From Desulfobacterales bacterium (lineage in GTDB: Bacteria; Desulfobacterota; Desulfobacteria; Desulfobacterales; DTYH01), in NCBI GenBank assembly GCA_012961955.1, contig DTYH01000048.1, forward strand, positions 1-62,563: a stretch of DNA of 62,563 nucleotides, in the 5' to 3' direction. The notes under the pieces were generated by a model. The model was not told the DNA's origin, made no database searches, and was given only the letters and a program-made list of their open reading frames with translations. The translations under genes and the position numbers were made by a program. Below, piece after piece: positions 19,944 to 29,941 of the stretch. Position 1 is the first letter of the stretch. Each line of letters opens with the position of its first letter.

Positions 19944-21043
19944 TGGAAAAAAAGCGCGACTATTACGAGATACTAGGGGTAGATCGAAACGCCACAGAGG
20001 AAGAGCTTAAGTCCAGTTACAGGAAGCTTGCGTTCAAATATCATCCCGATCGAAATCCAGGCGACAAAGAGGCTGAGGAGAAGTTCAAGGAGGCAGCAGA
20101 GGCCTACGAGGTTCTAAGAGATCCTCAAAAGAGACAGTTATATGATCAGTATGGGCATGAAGGGCTACAAGGGACTGGCTTTTCCGGGTTTAGAGGCTTT
20201 GACGATATCTTTTCCAGCTTTGGGGATATATTCGAAAGCTTTTTTGGCTTCAGGACAGAAAAAAGGCGCCGTAGCCAAGCACGCAGGGGCGCTGATCTTC
20301 AGTATGACCTATCCATTTCTTTTCTGGATGCAGCCTTTGGAGTTGAAACACAAATCGAAGTAGAAAAGATGGAGAATTGTCCTACGTGTGAAGGTACCGG
20401 CTGTGATCCTGGAACAACCCCGGAGGATTGCAGATACTGCGAGGGGACAGGGCATATCACGCGTGTGCAGGGGTTCTTCAGTATCAGGACTACCTGCCCC
20501 AGTTGCGGTGGAGAGGGGCGATACATTCCGCATCCGTGCCGCCAATGTCGCGGGCAGGGTAGGGTGATAAGGAAAAAGAAAGTTTCGGTAAGGATTCCAG
20601 CAGGTGTTGATACCGGATCCAGGTTAAGGCTTACAGGCGAAGGGGAAAGTGGGGAACGAGGAGGTCCCCCTGGTGATCTTTATATCCTGATTCACGTGGA
20701 GCCTCATGAATTTTTCAAAAGAAACAATTACGATGTGGTGTGCCAGGTACCTATATCATTTGTTCAGGCAGCCCTTGGTGCTGAAATCACTGTGCCTACG
20801 TTAGACGGGGAAAAGGTGCTCCACATTCCAAAAGGGACTCAAAGCGGAGATGTCTTCCGGTTCAGAGGAGAGGGGATTCCCTATTTGAAAGGTTCCGGGC
20901 GTGGAGATCAGATCATCCAGGTAGCGGTCAAGACACCTACCCGGCTCACGAAAAAGCAAGAGTCGTTACTGAGAGAGTTTGAAAGGCTGGAAAAGCAGAA
21001 GATATCGAGTAAGATCAAGAAAATATTTAAGAATGGAAAGTGA
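19943..21043 (+). CDS. dnaJ: molecular chaperone DnaJ
   Basis: J domain (DYYEILGV...HPDRNPGD), G/F-rich linker, four CxxCxGxG zinc-finger repeats, and a C-terminal substrate-binding domain. Confidence 0.95.
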   Translation: MEKKRDYYEILGVDRNATEEELKSSYRKLAFKYHPDRNPGDKEAEEKFKEAAEAYEVLRDPQKRQLYDQYGHEGLQGTGFSGFRGFDDIFSSFGDIFESFFGFRTEKRRRSQARRGADLQYDLSISFLDAAFGVETQIEVEKMENCPTCEGTGCDPGTTPEDCRYCEGTGHITRVQGFFSIRTTCPSCGGEGRYIPHPCRQCRGQGRVIRKKKVSVRIPAGVDTGSRLRLTGEGESGERGGPPGDLYILIHVEPHEFFKRNNYDVVCQVPISFVQAALGAEITVPTLDGEKVLHIPKGTQSGDVFRFRGEGIPYLKGSGRGDQIIQVAVKTPTRLTKKQESLLREFERLEKQKISSKIKKIFKNGK

Positions 21044-21054
21044 AGGGATATGAC

Positions 21055-21333
21055 TTATCTCCACGCATCCCATTCGATAAGAAGGAGATACTTCTTCTTA
21101 TTGTTGCACTCCTTGCATGCAGGCACCACATTTCCTTTAGTGGTCTTTCCCCCCCGGACTAAAGGTACAATGTGATCCATGGTGAGTTCACGAGGAGGAT
21201 AGAGTTTCCCGCAGTAATGGCAGATCCCCTTTGCCAGTTTGCGTTTCCACCATTGTGTCTGCCTCAGATCTCGAGCCTTATGCCTTTCCCGAACAATAGC
21301 TGCCTCGTCTACCGGAAGAAAAAATGGTTGCAA
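21055..21333 (-). CDS. small stand-alone HNH endonuclease
   Basis: CHYCG...DHIVPLVRGG...NVVPACKECNNKK (HNH motif) in 92 aa. Confidence 0.8.
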   Translation of the reverse strand: MQPFFLPVDEAAIVRERHKARDLRQTQWWKRKLAKGICHYCGKLYPPRELTMDHIVPLVRGGKTTKGNVVPACKECNNKKKYLLLIEWDAWR

Positions 21334-21353
21334 TTAGCTACGCCTCCTAATAT

Positions 21354-21419
21354 GATGGCCTCGTAAAAAGTCAAATCTTGCTCGGTGTCGTTCGCAAAAT
21401 GACTTTTTACGAAACCCTC
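21354..21419. mobile_element. family-1 MITE, short hairpin form
   Basis: GATGGCCTCGTAAAAAGTC...GACTTTTTACGAAACCCTC, with AATAT on both flanks. Confidence 0.75.
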
Positions 21420-21453
21420 AAATATTATTGAAATAATTATTCGCAGGATAACT

Positions 21454-21587
21454 ACCCCTTTAGAAAAGCCCCGTGCGGAAGCAAGGGGTCAAAATCGATA
21501 TGTAGCTCTTTTTTCAAACGGGCCCCGTAAGAGACCGAAGGTCTTACGGGGCAGCGCTTAATGGACCGTCTGAAATTCTAACAGGGT
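21454..21587. repeat. family-3 structured hairpin element (full length)
   Basis: Outer stem ACCCCTTTAGAA...TTCTAACAGGGT. It encloses the inner hairpin CCCCGTAAGAGACC-GAA-GGTCTTACGGGG. Collinear with the copy at 30824-30955. Confidence 0.75.
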
Positions 21588-22232
21588 ATTCCTGATTACA
21601 ATATAATAAGATTTGGTCCTGTTTCAACAAAAAAGTGGAGATTGGCCGTCGTTTAAATATATAACTCAACCTTCTGGGTTGCATTAACTAACTGTAATAG
21701 AATAAAACCTATTGCATAATACTCTAAATGTGCTTCGATGGAATTCAGAATTCAGGAGTCAGAGAGTCCGGAGGAAGATTTAATCAAATCAAGCATTTCT
21801 GTCTTCTGTGGCACTTTAGCTCTTTCAAAGGATTACTGTACCAATAAGAATGTAGTACTACAGCGTCACTTTTTGACGTGATGCCCGCGTAGGTGGGCAT
21901 CCAAGATCCCAGCCCTATTGAAAACAGGCTGGATTCCCGCCACAGATCGGGGTCGAGGACAAGTTTCGCGGGAACGAAATTAGAAATAACCATTTCATAT
22001 AACTTGCCATGAATGTCAGATAGTCAGCGATAAAATATCGGTGCAGTGGTAGGGTTTTGAAGATATTGTCGCAGCAGTGTGCTGCTCCTGCGAAGGAATC
22101 AGGAATAATGAAGAGTTAAAAATGAAAGGTGAAGGAACTATTCCATATTCGTTCTTCACTTTTCATTCTTCATTGTCTGCTCTTGGTAGGAGCGGCTTTT
22201 CAATAAGGTATTAACACCTAACATCTTTTGAC

Positions 22233-23681
22233 ATGATTACCGATATTTCTCAATTTACAAAACGTAGTGTTCTGGTCATTGGCGACCTGATGATCGACGA
22301 ATACCTTTGGGGTGAAGTGGAACGCATCTCCCCCGAGGCCCCGGTCCAGGTCGTATCAGTGCTTAGAGAGACCTCCACCCTGGGGGGTGCTGGGAATGTG
22401 GTCAATAATTTGGTGGCACTAGGTGCCAAGGTATCAGTGGCAGGCGTGATCGGCAAGGATACCAATGCCGATCTTATGATTGACATCCTGCACAGACTTG
22501 ATGTGGATACACAGTGTCTGATTCAGGATGCCAGTCGACCTACCACCAAAAAGACCCGCGTAATAGCCGCCCATCAGCAGGTGCTCCGGATAGACCGTGA
22601 GATCACGGATGATATCACCGATACTCAGGCCAGGCAAATAGAGGAGTTTTACAGAGATCGCATAAACGATTTTGATATACTCCTTATTTCCGATTACGGC
22701 AAGGGTCTACTGACTAACTACTTGTTGAGACAACTTATTAAAACAGCTAAGGATCACGATAGGCTCGTCGTCATTGATCCTAAGGGGCTCGATTTTAGGA
22801 AATATGCCGGTGCTACGATCATTACCCCAAACAAGAAAGAGGCCTCATTAGCGGCAGGGATCGAAATAAGAGGTAAAGAGTCCCTGATGGAGGCAGGGAA
22901 GACGTTACAGAGGAGATTATCGATATCTGCAGTCCTCATTACCTGCGGAAAGGATGGTATGGTCCTTTTTGAACAAGGCAGAGAACCATACGAGATCAAG
23001 GCCGTGGCCAGGCAGGTGTTTGATGTATCGGGAGCAGGAGATACAGTACTGGCTGTCCTTGGTTTAGGGCTCGCATCAGGCTTCTCGCCTGTTGAGTCCG
23101 CAACCCTTGCTAACATAGCCGGAGGCATAGTTGTGGGCAAATTGGGCACAGCTCCGATTACAGAAGAAGAGCTCAATGAGGCAATCTTTCCGTCAATAGA
23201 GACTCCCGTGCCCAAGCTGAAGACAATCTCTTCACTGGTTCCAATAATCGAGCAACTAAAAGGGGCAGGAAAGACCATAGTTATGACCAATGGATGTTTT
23301 GACCTCCTCCATGCAGGTCATATCAAACTCCTCGAGGCATCCAAGAGGTTGGGTGATGTTCTTGTTGTGGCCATAGATACTGATGAATCGGTACGGTCTC
23401 TGAAAGGGGAAGGAAGGCCGGTTATTGGTGAGCTGGAGCGGGTTAGAATCATCAGCGCCCTTGACAGTGTCGACTATGTTGTTCTGTTTTCCTCAAACGA
23501 ACTCACTCAGCTGATCGAGGCTTTAAAACCTCATATACTGACAAAAGGGAGCAATTACACAACAGAAACCGTGTTTGGAAGAGAGGCTGTGGAAAGGAAT
23601 GGGGGCAGGATAGTTCTGATACCGATGATTGAACAGGTCTCTTCCACCCAGATCATTAACAGGATAAAATCAAATGTATAG
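22233..23681 (+). CDS. hldE: bifunctional D-beta-D-heptose 7-phosphate kinase / heptose 1-phosphate adenylyltransferase
   Basis: N-terminal PfkB-type sugar kinase (VFDVSGAGDT) plus C-terminal cytidylyltransferase domain (TNGCFDLLHAGH). Confidence 0.9.
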   Translation: MITDISQFTKRSVLVIGDLMIDEYLWGEVERISPEAPVQVVSVLRETSTLGGAGNVVNNLVALGAKVSVAGVIGKDTNADLMIDILHRLDVDTQCLIQDASRPTTKKTRVIAAHQQVLRIDREITDDITDTQARQIEEFYRDRINDFDILLISDYGKGLLTNYLLRQLIKTAKDHDRLVVIDPKGLDFRKYAGATIITPNKKEASLAAGIEIRGKESLMEAGKTLQRRLSISAVLITCGKDGMVLFEQGREPYEIKAVARQVFDVSGAGDTVLAVLGLGLASGFSPVESATLANIAGGIVVGKLGTAPITEEELNEAIFPSIETPVPKLKTISSLVPIIEQLKGAGKTIVMTNGCFDLLHAGHIKLLEASKRLGDVLVVAIDTDESVRSLKGEGRPVIGELERVRIISALDSVDYVVLFSSNELTQLIEALKPHILTKGSNYTTETVFGREAVERNGGRIVLIPMIEQVSSTQIINRIKSNV

Positions 23682-23845
23682 ATAAGCCTGGACAGAGCGT
23701 TTTAAAAATCGCTCGACTTAGCTAACTATTCATGAGGTGAAGCTTTTCTTTTCACTCCGATGTTTCCAACCTTTTTAGATATGAATCTCCTCGATAGGCG
23801 GAGTTTTCTAACCCCGCCATGACGAGGGCGGGACAGGATAAAGAT

Positions 23846-24136
23846 ATGCTTTTTATTCAGGAGACCCCCGAGGGGGTCATACTCAAGGCCGTCATCTTAC
23901 CCCGGTCAAGCAAAAACGAGCTCGTAGGAGTAAAGGGGGATGCATTGAAGATAAGACTTACTGCCCCTCCAGTGGAGGGAGCGGCAAACAAGATGTGTAT
24001 CCGATTCCTGGCAGAGATTCTTAAAGTGGCCAAATCAAAGATTGAGATCGTCAGCGGAAAAGGATCAAGGACAAAAAAGATACTGGTCAGGTCTGGGGAA
24101 AAGAGGGAGATTGAAGCTCTTATAAACAACTTATAG
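23846..24136 (+). CDS. DUF167 (YggU) family protein
   Basis: LKAVILPRSSKNELVGVKGDALKIRLTAPPVEGAANK...SGKGSRTKKI pattern. The start is chosen at the internal ATG to give the usual ~96 aa. Confidence 0.7.
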   Translation: MLFIQETPEGVILKAVILPRSSKNELVGVKGDALKIRLTAPPVEGAANKMCIRFLAEILKVAKSKIEIVSGKGSRTKKILVRSGEKREIEALINNL

Positions 24137-24308
24137 CCTTTCAGGGAGTGAAGTATTTCTATTCACACGGATTTGTCCAACCATTGTTTTTTTTCGTAAC
24201 ACTTTAGCGCTTTGAGAAAGTTAAGCTAAGCAATATTTACGTTTAGTTTGGTAACTTTTGAGCAGCACCCGTGAAACGGTTACGGCAGGTTATTAGAGGC
24301 TGCGAGAA

Positions 24309-25625
24309 ATGCCAGTAGATTCTGAAAGTATAAAAAAGGTACTACGCTACAGATGGATTATATTTGTAATCCTGGGTACAGCCTATTTCCTCGGGATGTT
24401 CCATAGAGTATCCCCTGGGGTCATGGCAAAGGCCTTTATGGACACATTCGGTATTGGCGCTAGTGAGATAGGGATCCTGGGTGGTTCGTATTTCTATCCA
24501 TACGCGCTTGCGCAAATCCCTGCTGGTGTCCTATCAGATACTTGGGGGACAAGAAAGACCATAACAGCGTTCTTGTCCGTAGCGGGATTAGGGGCACTCT
24601 TCACTGGTATAGGAGCATCCTGGAGTATGGTTGTGGTGGGCAGGGTTCTCATAGGATTTGGCGTTGGCTTTGTGTATATACCAATTTTGAGGAGTATCTT
24701 TAACTGGTTTAGAATTGGTGAACGTGCTACCGCCAACGGGATACTTGTATCTGTTGGAAATATCGGCGCTCTTACCGCGGCTGGTCCTCTTGCAATCGCC
24801 AATGAGTCGCTGGGATGGCATAGCGTATTTTACATGTTAGCAGGCTTGACAGCGTTGTTGTGTGTATTTGTGTATGCCATTGTACGAAATCAGCCAGACG
24901 AGATGGGGTGGCCAAATCTTAGAGAAATTGAAGAATATGAAGGTAAGGACTTTTCAGATGAGCCTCCTCTTAAAAGGATGAGTGTTAGAGATTCAATCGT
25001 TAAGGTATTCAAAGGGAAGAGTTTTATATTGGTCGCTGTCTGGGGTTTCATGTCTTATGGGGTCTTCATGACTTACCAGGGACTTTGGGGTGGAGCCTAC
25101 TTTGAAGACGCTCTAGGATGGACCAGAGAGGATTATGGTTTCTTACTTTCGATGATAGCGATAGGCATGATATTGGGTTGCCCTTTTTGGGGGTGGATAG
25201 CAGATAAAGTCCTAAGATCGAGGAAAAGGGTGCTAATAATCGGAACCGCTGGGATGGCTATCGTGTGGTCTGGATTATGGGGGGCGATAGGCTCATCCAA
25301 TCGTATACTGTATACAGGATTAAATTTTCTGTTTGGCTTCTTTGCTGGCAACTTTCCTAATGGCTTTGTGCAAATAGCAGAATTGTACCCCAGGGAGATA
25401 GCAGGCACTGCAAGCGCATGCTTAAACGTGTTCTTTTTTATCGGCGGAGCTGTAACCATGCAACTAGTATCATCTATCATTGGCTCATACGGAAAGGTTG
25501 CGGGAGCATACCCTGTTGCAGCATACAGTACAGGTTGGTTATTCATGGCACTAATAATGGTAACATCATCCGTGTGCACATTTTTTATGCCAGAAAGGAA
25601 AATCGCTAAGACCTTAGCTTCTTGA
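24309..25625 (+). CDS. MFS transporter
   Basis: 438 aa, ~12 predicted TM helices, and a GxLSDxWGTRK loop motif between TM2 and TM3. Confidence 0.85.
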   Translation: MPVDSESIKKVLRYRWIIFVILGTAYFLGMFHRVSPGVMAKAFMDTFGIGASEIGILGGSYFYPYALAQIPAGVLSDTWGTRKTITAFLSVAGLGALFTGIGASWSMVVVGRVLIGFGVGFVYIPILRSIFNWFRIGERATANGILVSVGNIGALTAAGPLAIANESLGWHSVFYMLAGLTALLCVFVYAIVRNQPDEMGWPNLREIEEYEGKDFSDEPPLKRMSVRDSIVKVFKGKSFILVAVWGFMSYGVFMTYQGLWGGAYFEDALGWTREDYGFLLSMIAIGMILGCPFWGWIADKVLRSRKRVLIIGTAGMAIVWSGLWGAIGSSNRILYTGLNFLFGFFAGNFPNGFVQIAELYPREIAGTASACLNVFFFIGGAVTMQLVSSIIGSYGKVAGAYPVAAYSTGWLFMALIMVTSSVCTFFMPERKIAKTLAS

Positions 25626-25678
25626 AACAACAAAGGTGTGCCGAATATACGCTACAGGACGAGTGACCTCAACCACAT

Positions 25679-26698
25679 TCATGCATCATGCATCCTGCCA
25701 ACCTCGGTGGTTTCACAAAAGACTTTCTGCGAGACCCTCAATTTTTCTTTAAGGGAGGCTACGATCTCGAAAAGATCTGCAACAACAGCGTAATCAGCAA
25801 CCCTGAATATGGGCGCATTCGGATCCTTGTTGACAGCAATAACGGTTCCCACCCTGGTAATACCGGCAATATGCTGAAATGCACCACTGATGCCAAGAGC
25901 AAGATACACCTTGGCCTTTACTGATTTGCCTGAGGTGCCCACCTGGTGATATTTGGGAAGCCAGTTCTTATCCACAACGGGACGCGAGCAAGATATTACC
26001 CCTCCGAGCAAATCTGCCAGTTCTTTCACAGCAGACAGATTCTCTTTGTTTTCTATTCCCCTTCCCACTGATACCAGAAGCTCTGCCTGAGAGATATCCA
26101 CCTCCCCAGCACCCGTATCGATGAACTCCACAAAATGTCTGGGTGGCTCAGGTAGATCAGGAACCTCTCTTTTAACTATCTCCCCTTGGTGCTCCCCAAC
26201 CCTGTCAGGGGGAAATGCGCCCGGCCTTACAGTTAGTATATAACCGTCAGATGGTCTGAATGAGACTTTAGAGTAGATCTTCCCGCTATACATTTGTCTG
26301 ATAGCGATTGGACGATCGTCATCCTCTATCATGATATCCAGACAGTCCGTAGCAAGTGGAAACCCTGTCTTAACAGAGAGAGAGGGGCCAATCTCCATCC
26401 CCCATGAGGTATGCCCAATAAGGGTGAGAAAAGGATGACATTCATCCATAAGATCCTGGAGGACAGTTTTGTACAGTTCAGAATTAAACTCTTTCAGTTG
26501 TTCATCTTCCACAACAATGACCTTGTCGGCCCTTGGGGCGAGCTCATTAACAAGTGTTTCGATCTTGGATCCAATTATTACGGCGGTTAGAGTATATGAA
26601 AGCTTCTGGGAAACTTCATTCGCCTTCCAGAGCATCTCAAAGGTGATATCTCTAATCTCGTCTTTCCTGTGTTCAACTATGACAAATATTTCTCCCAT
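25679..26698 (-). CDS. etfA: electron transfer flavoprotein alpha subunit
   Basis: C-terminal FAD-binding region (QVGTSGKSVKAKVYLALGISGAFQHIAG...IAVNKDPNAPIF). The last ~19 codons are translated from a family-1 repeat. Confidence 0.9.
   Translation of the reverse strand: MGEIFVIVEHRKDEIRDITFEMLWKANEVSQKLSYTLTAVIIGSKIETLVNELAPRADKVIVVEDEQLKEFNSELYKTVLQDLMDECHPFLTLIGHTSWGMEIGPSLSVKTGFPLATDCLDIMIEDDDRPIAIRQMYSGKIYSKVSFRPSDGYILTVRPGAFPPDRVGEHQGEIVKREVPDLPEPPRHFVEFIDTGAGEVDISQAELLVSVGRGIENKENLSAVKELADLLGGVISCSRPVVDKNWLPKYHQVGTSGKSVKAKVYLALGISGAFQHIAGITRVGTVIAVNKDPNAPIFRVADYAVVADLFEIVASLKEKLRVSQKVFCETTEVGRMHDA
25707..25739. repeat. family-1 solo-terminus mini-hairpin
   Basis: GGTGGTTTCACAAAAGACTTTCTGCGAGACCCTC. 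It lies inside the 3' end of the etfA ORF. Confidence 0.6.
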
Positions 26699-26699
26699 T

Positions 26700-27479
26700 C
26701 TATATGCCGACCCCCTTTTCCCTGATAATACGCAAGATTTCTTCAGCCACAGTGTCAGGTTCCCCTTCTATAACTTCAGCACCTGCCGTATCCGGTGGAA
26801 GAAAGACCTCTTCAATGATTGTCCGCGGCAAAAGATCATCATTAGGAAGCTTCAGCTCTTCCAGCTTTATTACATTAAGCTCTTTCTTGCCGGCCTTTCT
26901 TAAGGCCATGATGGAGACATATCTTGGTTCATTGATCCCGGTCTGTATGCTCAAGAGAGCTGGGAGCTTTATCCTTGATATCTCTTCCATACCACCCTCC
27001 AATTCACACTTAATGGTAGCCTCATTACCGTCAGGCTCAATGCCTGTTACTACCGCAGCATGAGGTAAGTCCAGGTGCTCTGCCAACATGATTCCGACCA
27101 TTGCGTAGTTGTTATCACCCGCCTGGACACCAGTTAGAATGAGGTCATATTCCAGACCCTTTATGGCTTCCGCGAGGATTCTCGAAATGACAAAACCGTC
27201 GAGTTCAATATCTCCGGGGTCAACCCGTAGTCCCTTATCTGCTCCCATGGCCAAGCACCTTCTCAAGACCTCCTCGTCATCCTCACTTCCAACCGTAATA
27301 GCAGTTACTGTACCCCCAAATCTTTCCTTTAGGAGAACTGCCTCTTCCATGGCATAGTTATCCCACTCATTAATGATATAGACGAGCATATCCTTGCGTA
27401 CGTCCTTTTTTCTTTCATCTATCTCCAGGTCTACTTCCTGGGTGAGCGGAACCCGTTTTACACAGACAATGATATTCAT
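26700..27479 (-). CDS. etfB: electron transfer flavoprotein beta subunit
   Basis: MNIIVCVKRVP...NEWDNYAMEEA... typical EtfB N-terminus. It sits immediately upstream of etfA. Confidence 0.9.
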   Translation of the reverse strand: MNIIVCVKRVPLTQEVDLEIDERKKDVRKDMLVYIINEWDNYAMEEAVLLKERFGGTVTAITVGSEDDEEVLRRCLAMGADKGLRVDPGDIELDGFVISRILAEAIKGLEYDLILTGVQAGDNNYAMVGIMLAEHLDLPHAAVVTGIEPDGNEATIKCELEGGMEEISRIKLPALLSIQTGINEPRYVSIMALRKAGKKELNVIKLEELKLPNDDLLPRTIIEEVFLPPDTAGAEVIEGEPDTVAEEILRIIREKGVGI

Positions 27480-27904
27480 TTCTTGTACCTCCTACCGAGA
27501 CCTGGTCTAAGGAAAAAGTTATGCTTTTTTACAATAGTGGCTCTTCTCCTATTTAGCCAGTGTCCGTGGTCAGTGTCAGATCGGGTAACCGACCACGGCC
27601 GCCGATCGTTTCTTTTCTCTGTTGTTCCATTCTTCGTCGTCACTCTGAGAAGTCACTACCACCTCTTCCGTCATTCTGAACGGAGGGAAGCGGAGTGAAG
27701 AATCTCTTTAGGTGAACAAGATTAAAGACGCTTCGCTTACGCTCAGCATTACGCTTTTGAGTTTTTATGATTAGATTTTGTCTGCTACGGTCTTATTGAA
27801 AGAATCAAAGCGTTAAACCAAGTTATGAGTTATACAATTACCGAGTTAATTATTATACATTCCTCACTCTTAAGTAGGAGCGGCTTCCAGACATGAGCGA
27901 ACCA

Positions 27905-29935
27905 CTAAAGGGTAGAGACAAGTAGTTCCATAAGATCGATTACCTTCATCTCCGTTTCCAGTTCACCCGTTTTTATGGCGTCTTCAAAGTGTATGAGACA
28001 AAAGGGACACGCAGTTACAATAATGTTCGCTCCTGCCTCTCTTGCCATTTGGACCCGCTTCTCAGCCATCCTCATCTCCTCCTGTTCAATCTCATACCAG
28101 AGCGCGATATCCCCACCTCCGCAGCAAAAACTTCTGTCCCTTGACCTTTTCATCTCCACCAGATTTATGCCCGGTAAAGAATGAAGTATCTTCCTCGGCT
28201 CGTCATAGATATCGTTGTGACGACCCAAGTAGCATGGATCGTGATAGGTGTAAACATCATTACTGTTCAGGCTGTTTGAGGGTTTTAAACGTCCACTTTC
28301 TATCAGGCGGAGAAAAAATAGGCTATAATGAGCTACCTGAACGGGAATCGGGTATTCGTTCTTGAGGGTGTTAAACGCGTGTGGATCTGTGGTAATGATC
28401 CGACTGAATTTGACATTCTTAAAGGTGTCTAAATTCTCTTCCATCAGGAACTGAAAGAGCCCTTCCTCACCTATACGTCGGACTTGATGCCCTGAATCCA
28501 TTTCAAGGGGTCCCAGTATGCCAAAATCGATTCCTGCAAGGTGGAGACCTCTCACTATACTGGAGGCAATAGCCTGAACTCTTGGATCATATGAGGCATA
28601 GCTATCCACGAAGTATAGGACGTCAACATCATCCCCTTCTTTTAATATATTTACCGAGATATCATCTAATCCCTCAACCCAGTCGGCCCGTTTTGTAGCT
28701 GGTTTACCAAAAGGGTTTCCGGTCTTTTCAAAATTAATCAGGATCTGATTGAATGTCCTGGGATTCTGAGACGTCTCGATGAGATGACGTCTCATGTCTA
28801 TGATCTTGTCGATGTACTCTATAAAAACGGGACACTCTTCCTCACATGCCCCGCAAGTGGTACATGACCACACTTCGTCGTGGGTTATGAGTTCTCCTAT
28901 TATGGAAGGGGCATCCCTTTCTCCAGGTTCCTCTTTTTTCCATTTAAACACAGGGACCTTATGGTAACCATAATCTCTGAGCTTGATGGTCATCATCTTG
29001 GGTGACAGGGGTCGACCTATTTCGTTTGCTGGGCAGTTATCAGAGCATCGTCCGCACTCGGTACAGGTACAAAAATCGAGGATATGCTTCCAAGTAAAGT
29101 CTTCAAACCTCTCAATACCCAAAGTGTCCAGTTCCTCTAACTCCTCGACTCCCCATCTTGCAGGCTTTATGCTTCCTTTTGAAAGCCTTCTAAAAAACAG
29201 ATTCGGGAGAGCAGTTAAGATATGAAAATGCTTCGAAAGCGGAAGGAAATTCAGGAAAAAGAAGAGCGCAAGGATGTGAAGCCAGTAACTCAGGAGATTA
29301 ATCGATTCAAGGAATATCGGATCCGACCTGGCCAAAATCGGTATGACCAGTTGTGCCGCCGGAAGCCATGCCTCCGGTGAATGATCCAAAAGGAGACAGC
29401 TTCCCTCAAAGAACATGTCCGTAATTATGAGGAAGGAGATGAGAAGCAGAATAAAGTAGGCCTCAAATCTATGACTCCCTTCATACCTTTCAGGTTTTGC
29501 TATGGCGCGCGTGAGTATTGCGAGTATGCACGCAATAAGGACAAGGAGTTCGAAAAGGTCTTTTAGGCTGTTGTAGAACGACCCAAAACCCCCTTGCATA
29601 AACGGGAGACCTAAACCCGGACTGAGGCCCTGAATCACCAGATCTACGGAGTGCAGCCCAAGAACGACAAAGCCCCAGAAAATCGTGATATGTAGCACCC
29701 CGGCCCAAAAGTAGCGAGGCTGTCTCTTCTGAAGAATACCATACAAGATCAATCCAAAGAGCCTTTTCCTGATAGAGGAAAGTCGTGGGTCAGGCTTTCC
29801 ACAGCTTATTAACAAATATCTCCTGTATAAGGTATAAAAGAATATGGTAAACCCTAAACCAAGGACCATCCATAGAAAGGCGCTTCCTGGCAGGACGAGA
29901 CAGGCCTTAACGGCAGGATATACAGAAGGTGTCAT
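27905..29935 (-). CDS. membrane-anchored Fe-S oxidoreductase (NarI-like TM domain, 2x[4Fe-4S], CCG domains; HdrD/DsrK/GlpC-like)
   Basis: ~5 N-terminal TM helices, CTECGRCSDNCP and CTTCGACEEECP cluster motifs, and C-terminal CCG motifs (FCCGGG). Confidence 0.85.
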   Translation of the reverse strand: MTPSVYPAVKACLVLPGSAFLWMVLGLGFTIFFYTLYRRYLLISCGKPDPRLSSIRKRLFGLILYGILQKRQPRYFWAGVLHITIFWGFVVLGLHSVDLVIQGLSPGLGLPFMQGGFGSFYNSLKDLFELLVLIACILAILTRAIAKPERYEGSHRFEAYFILLLISFLIITDMFFEGSCLLLDHSPEAWLPAAQLVIPILARSDPIFLESINLLSYWLHILALFFFLNFLPLSKHFHILTALPNLFFRRLSKGSIKPARWGVEELEELDTLGIERFEDFTWKHILDFCTCTECGRCSDNCPANEIGRPLSPKMMTIKLRDYGYHKVPVFKWKKEEPGERDAPSIIGELITHDEVWSCTTCGACEEECPVFIEYIDKIIDMRRHLIETSQNPRTFNQILINFEKTGNPFGKPATKRADWVEGLDDISVNILKEGDDVDVLYFVDSYASYDPRVQAIASSIVRGLHLAGIDFGILGPLEMDSGHQVRRIGEEGLFQFLMEENLDTFKNVKFSRIITTDPHAFNTLKNEYPIPVQVAHYSLFFLRLIESGRLKPSNSLNSNDVYTYHDPCYLGRHNDIYDEPRKILHSLPGINLVEMKRSRDRSFCCGGGDIALWYEIEQEEMRMAEKRVQMAREAGANIIVTACPFCLIHFEDAIKTGELETEMKVIDLMELLVSTL

Positions 29936-29941
29936 TTTATT

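Noticed and set aside
21055-21587. Small HNH endonuclease next to a structured family-3 repeat, considered as a HEARO/OMEGA-like RNA-guided nuclease locus
   Set aside because: The protein is only 92 aa, with just the HNH motif and no RuvC or bridge-helix region. The same repeat occurs at five other loci without any HNH gene.
22754-23290. Long antisense or alternative-frame ORFs inside real genes (22754..23290, 25133..25633, 29978..30493, 17993..18415, 2576..3049, 40839..41294)
   Set aside because: These are shadow ORFs opposite or overlapping well-supported genes, with low-complexity or biased composition and no motifs.
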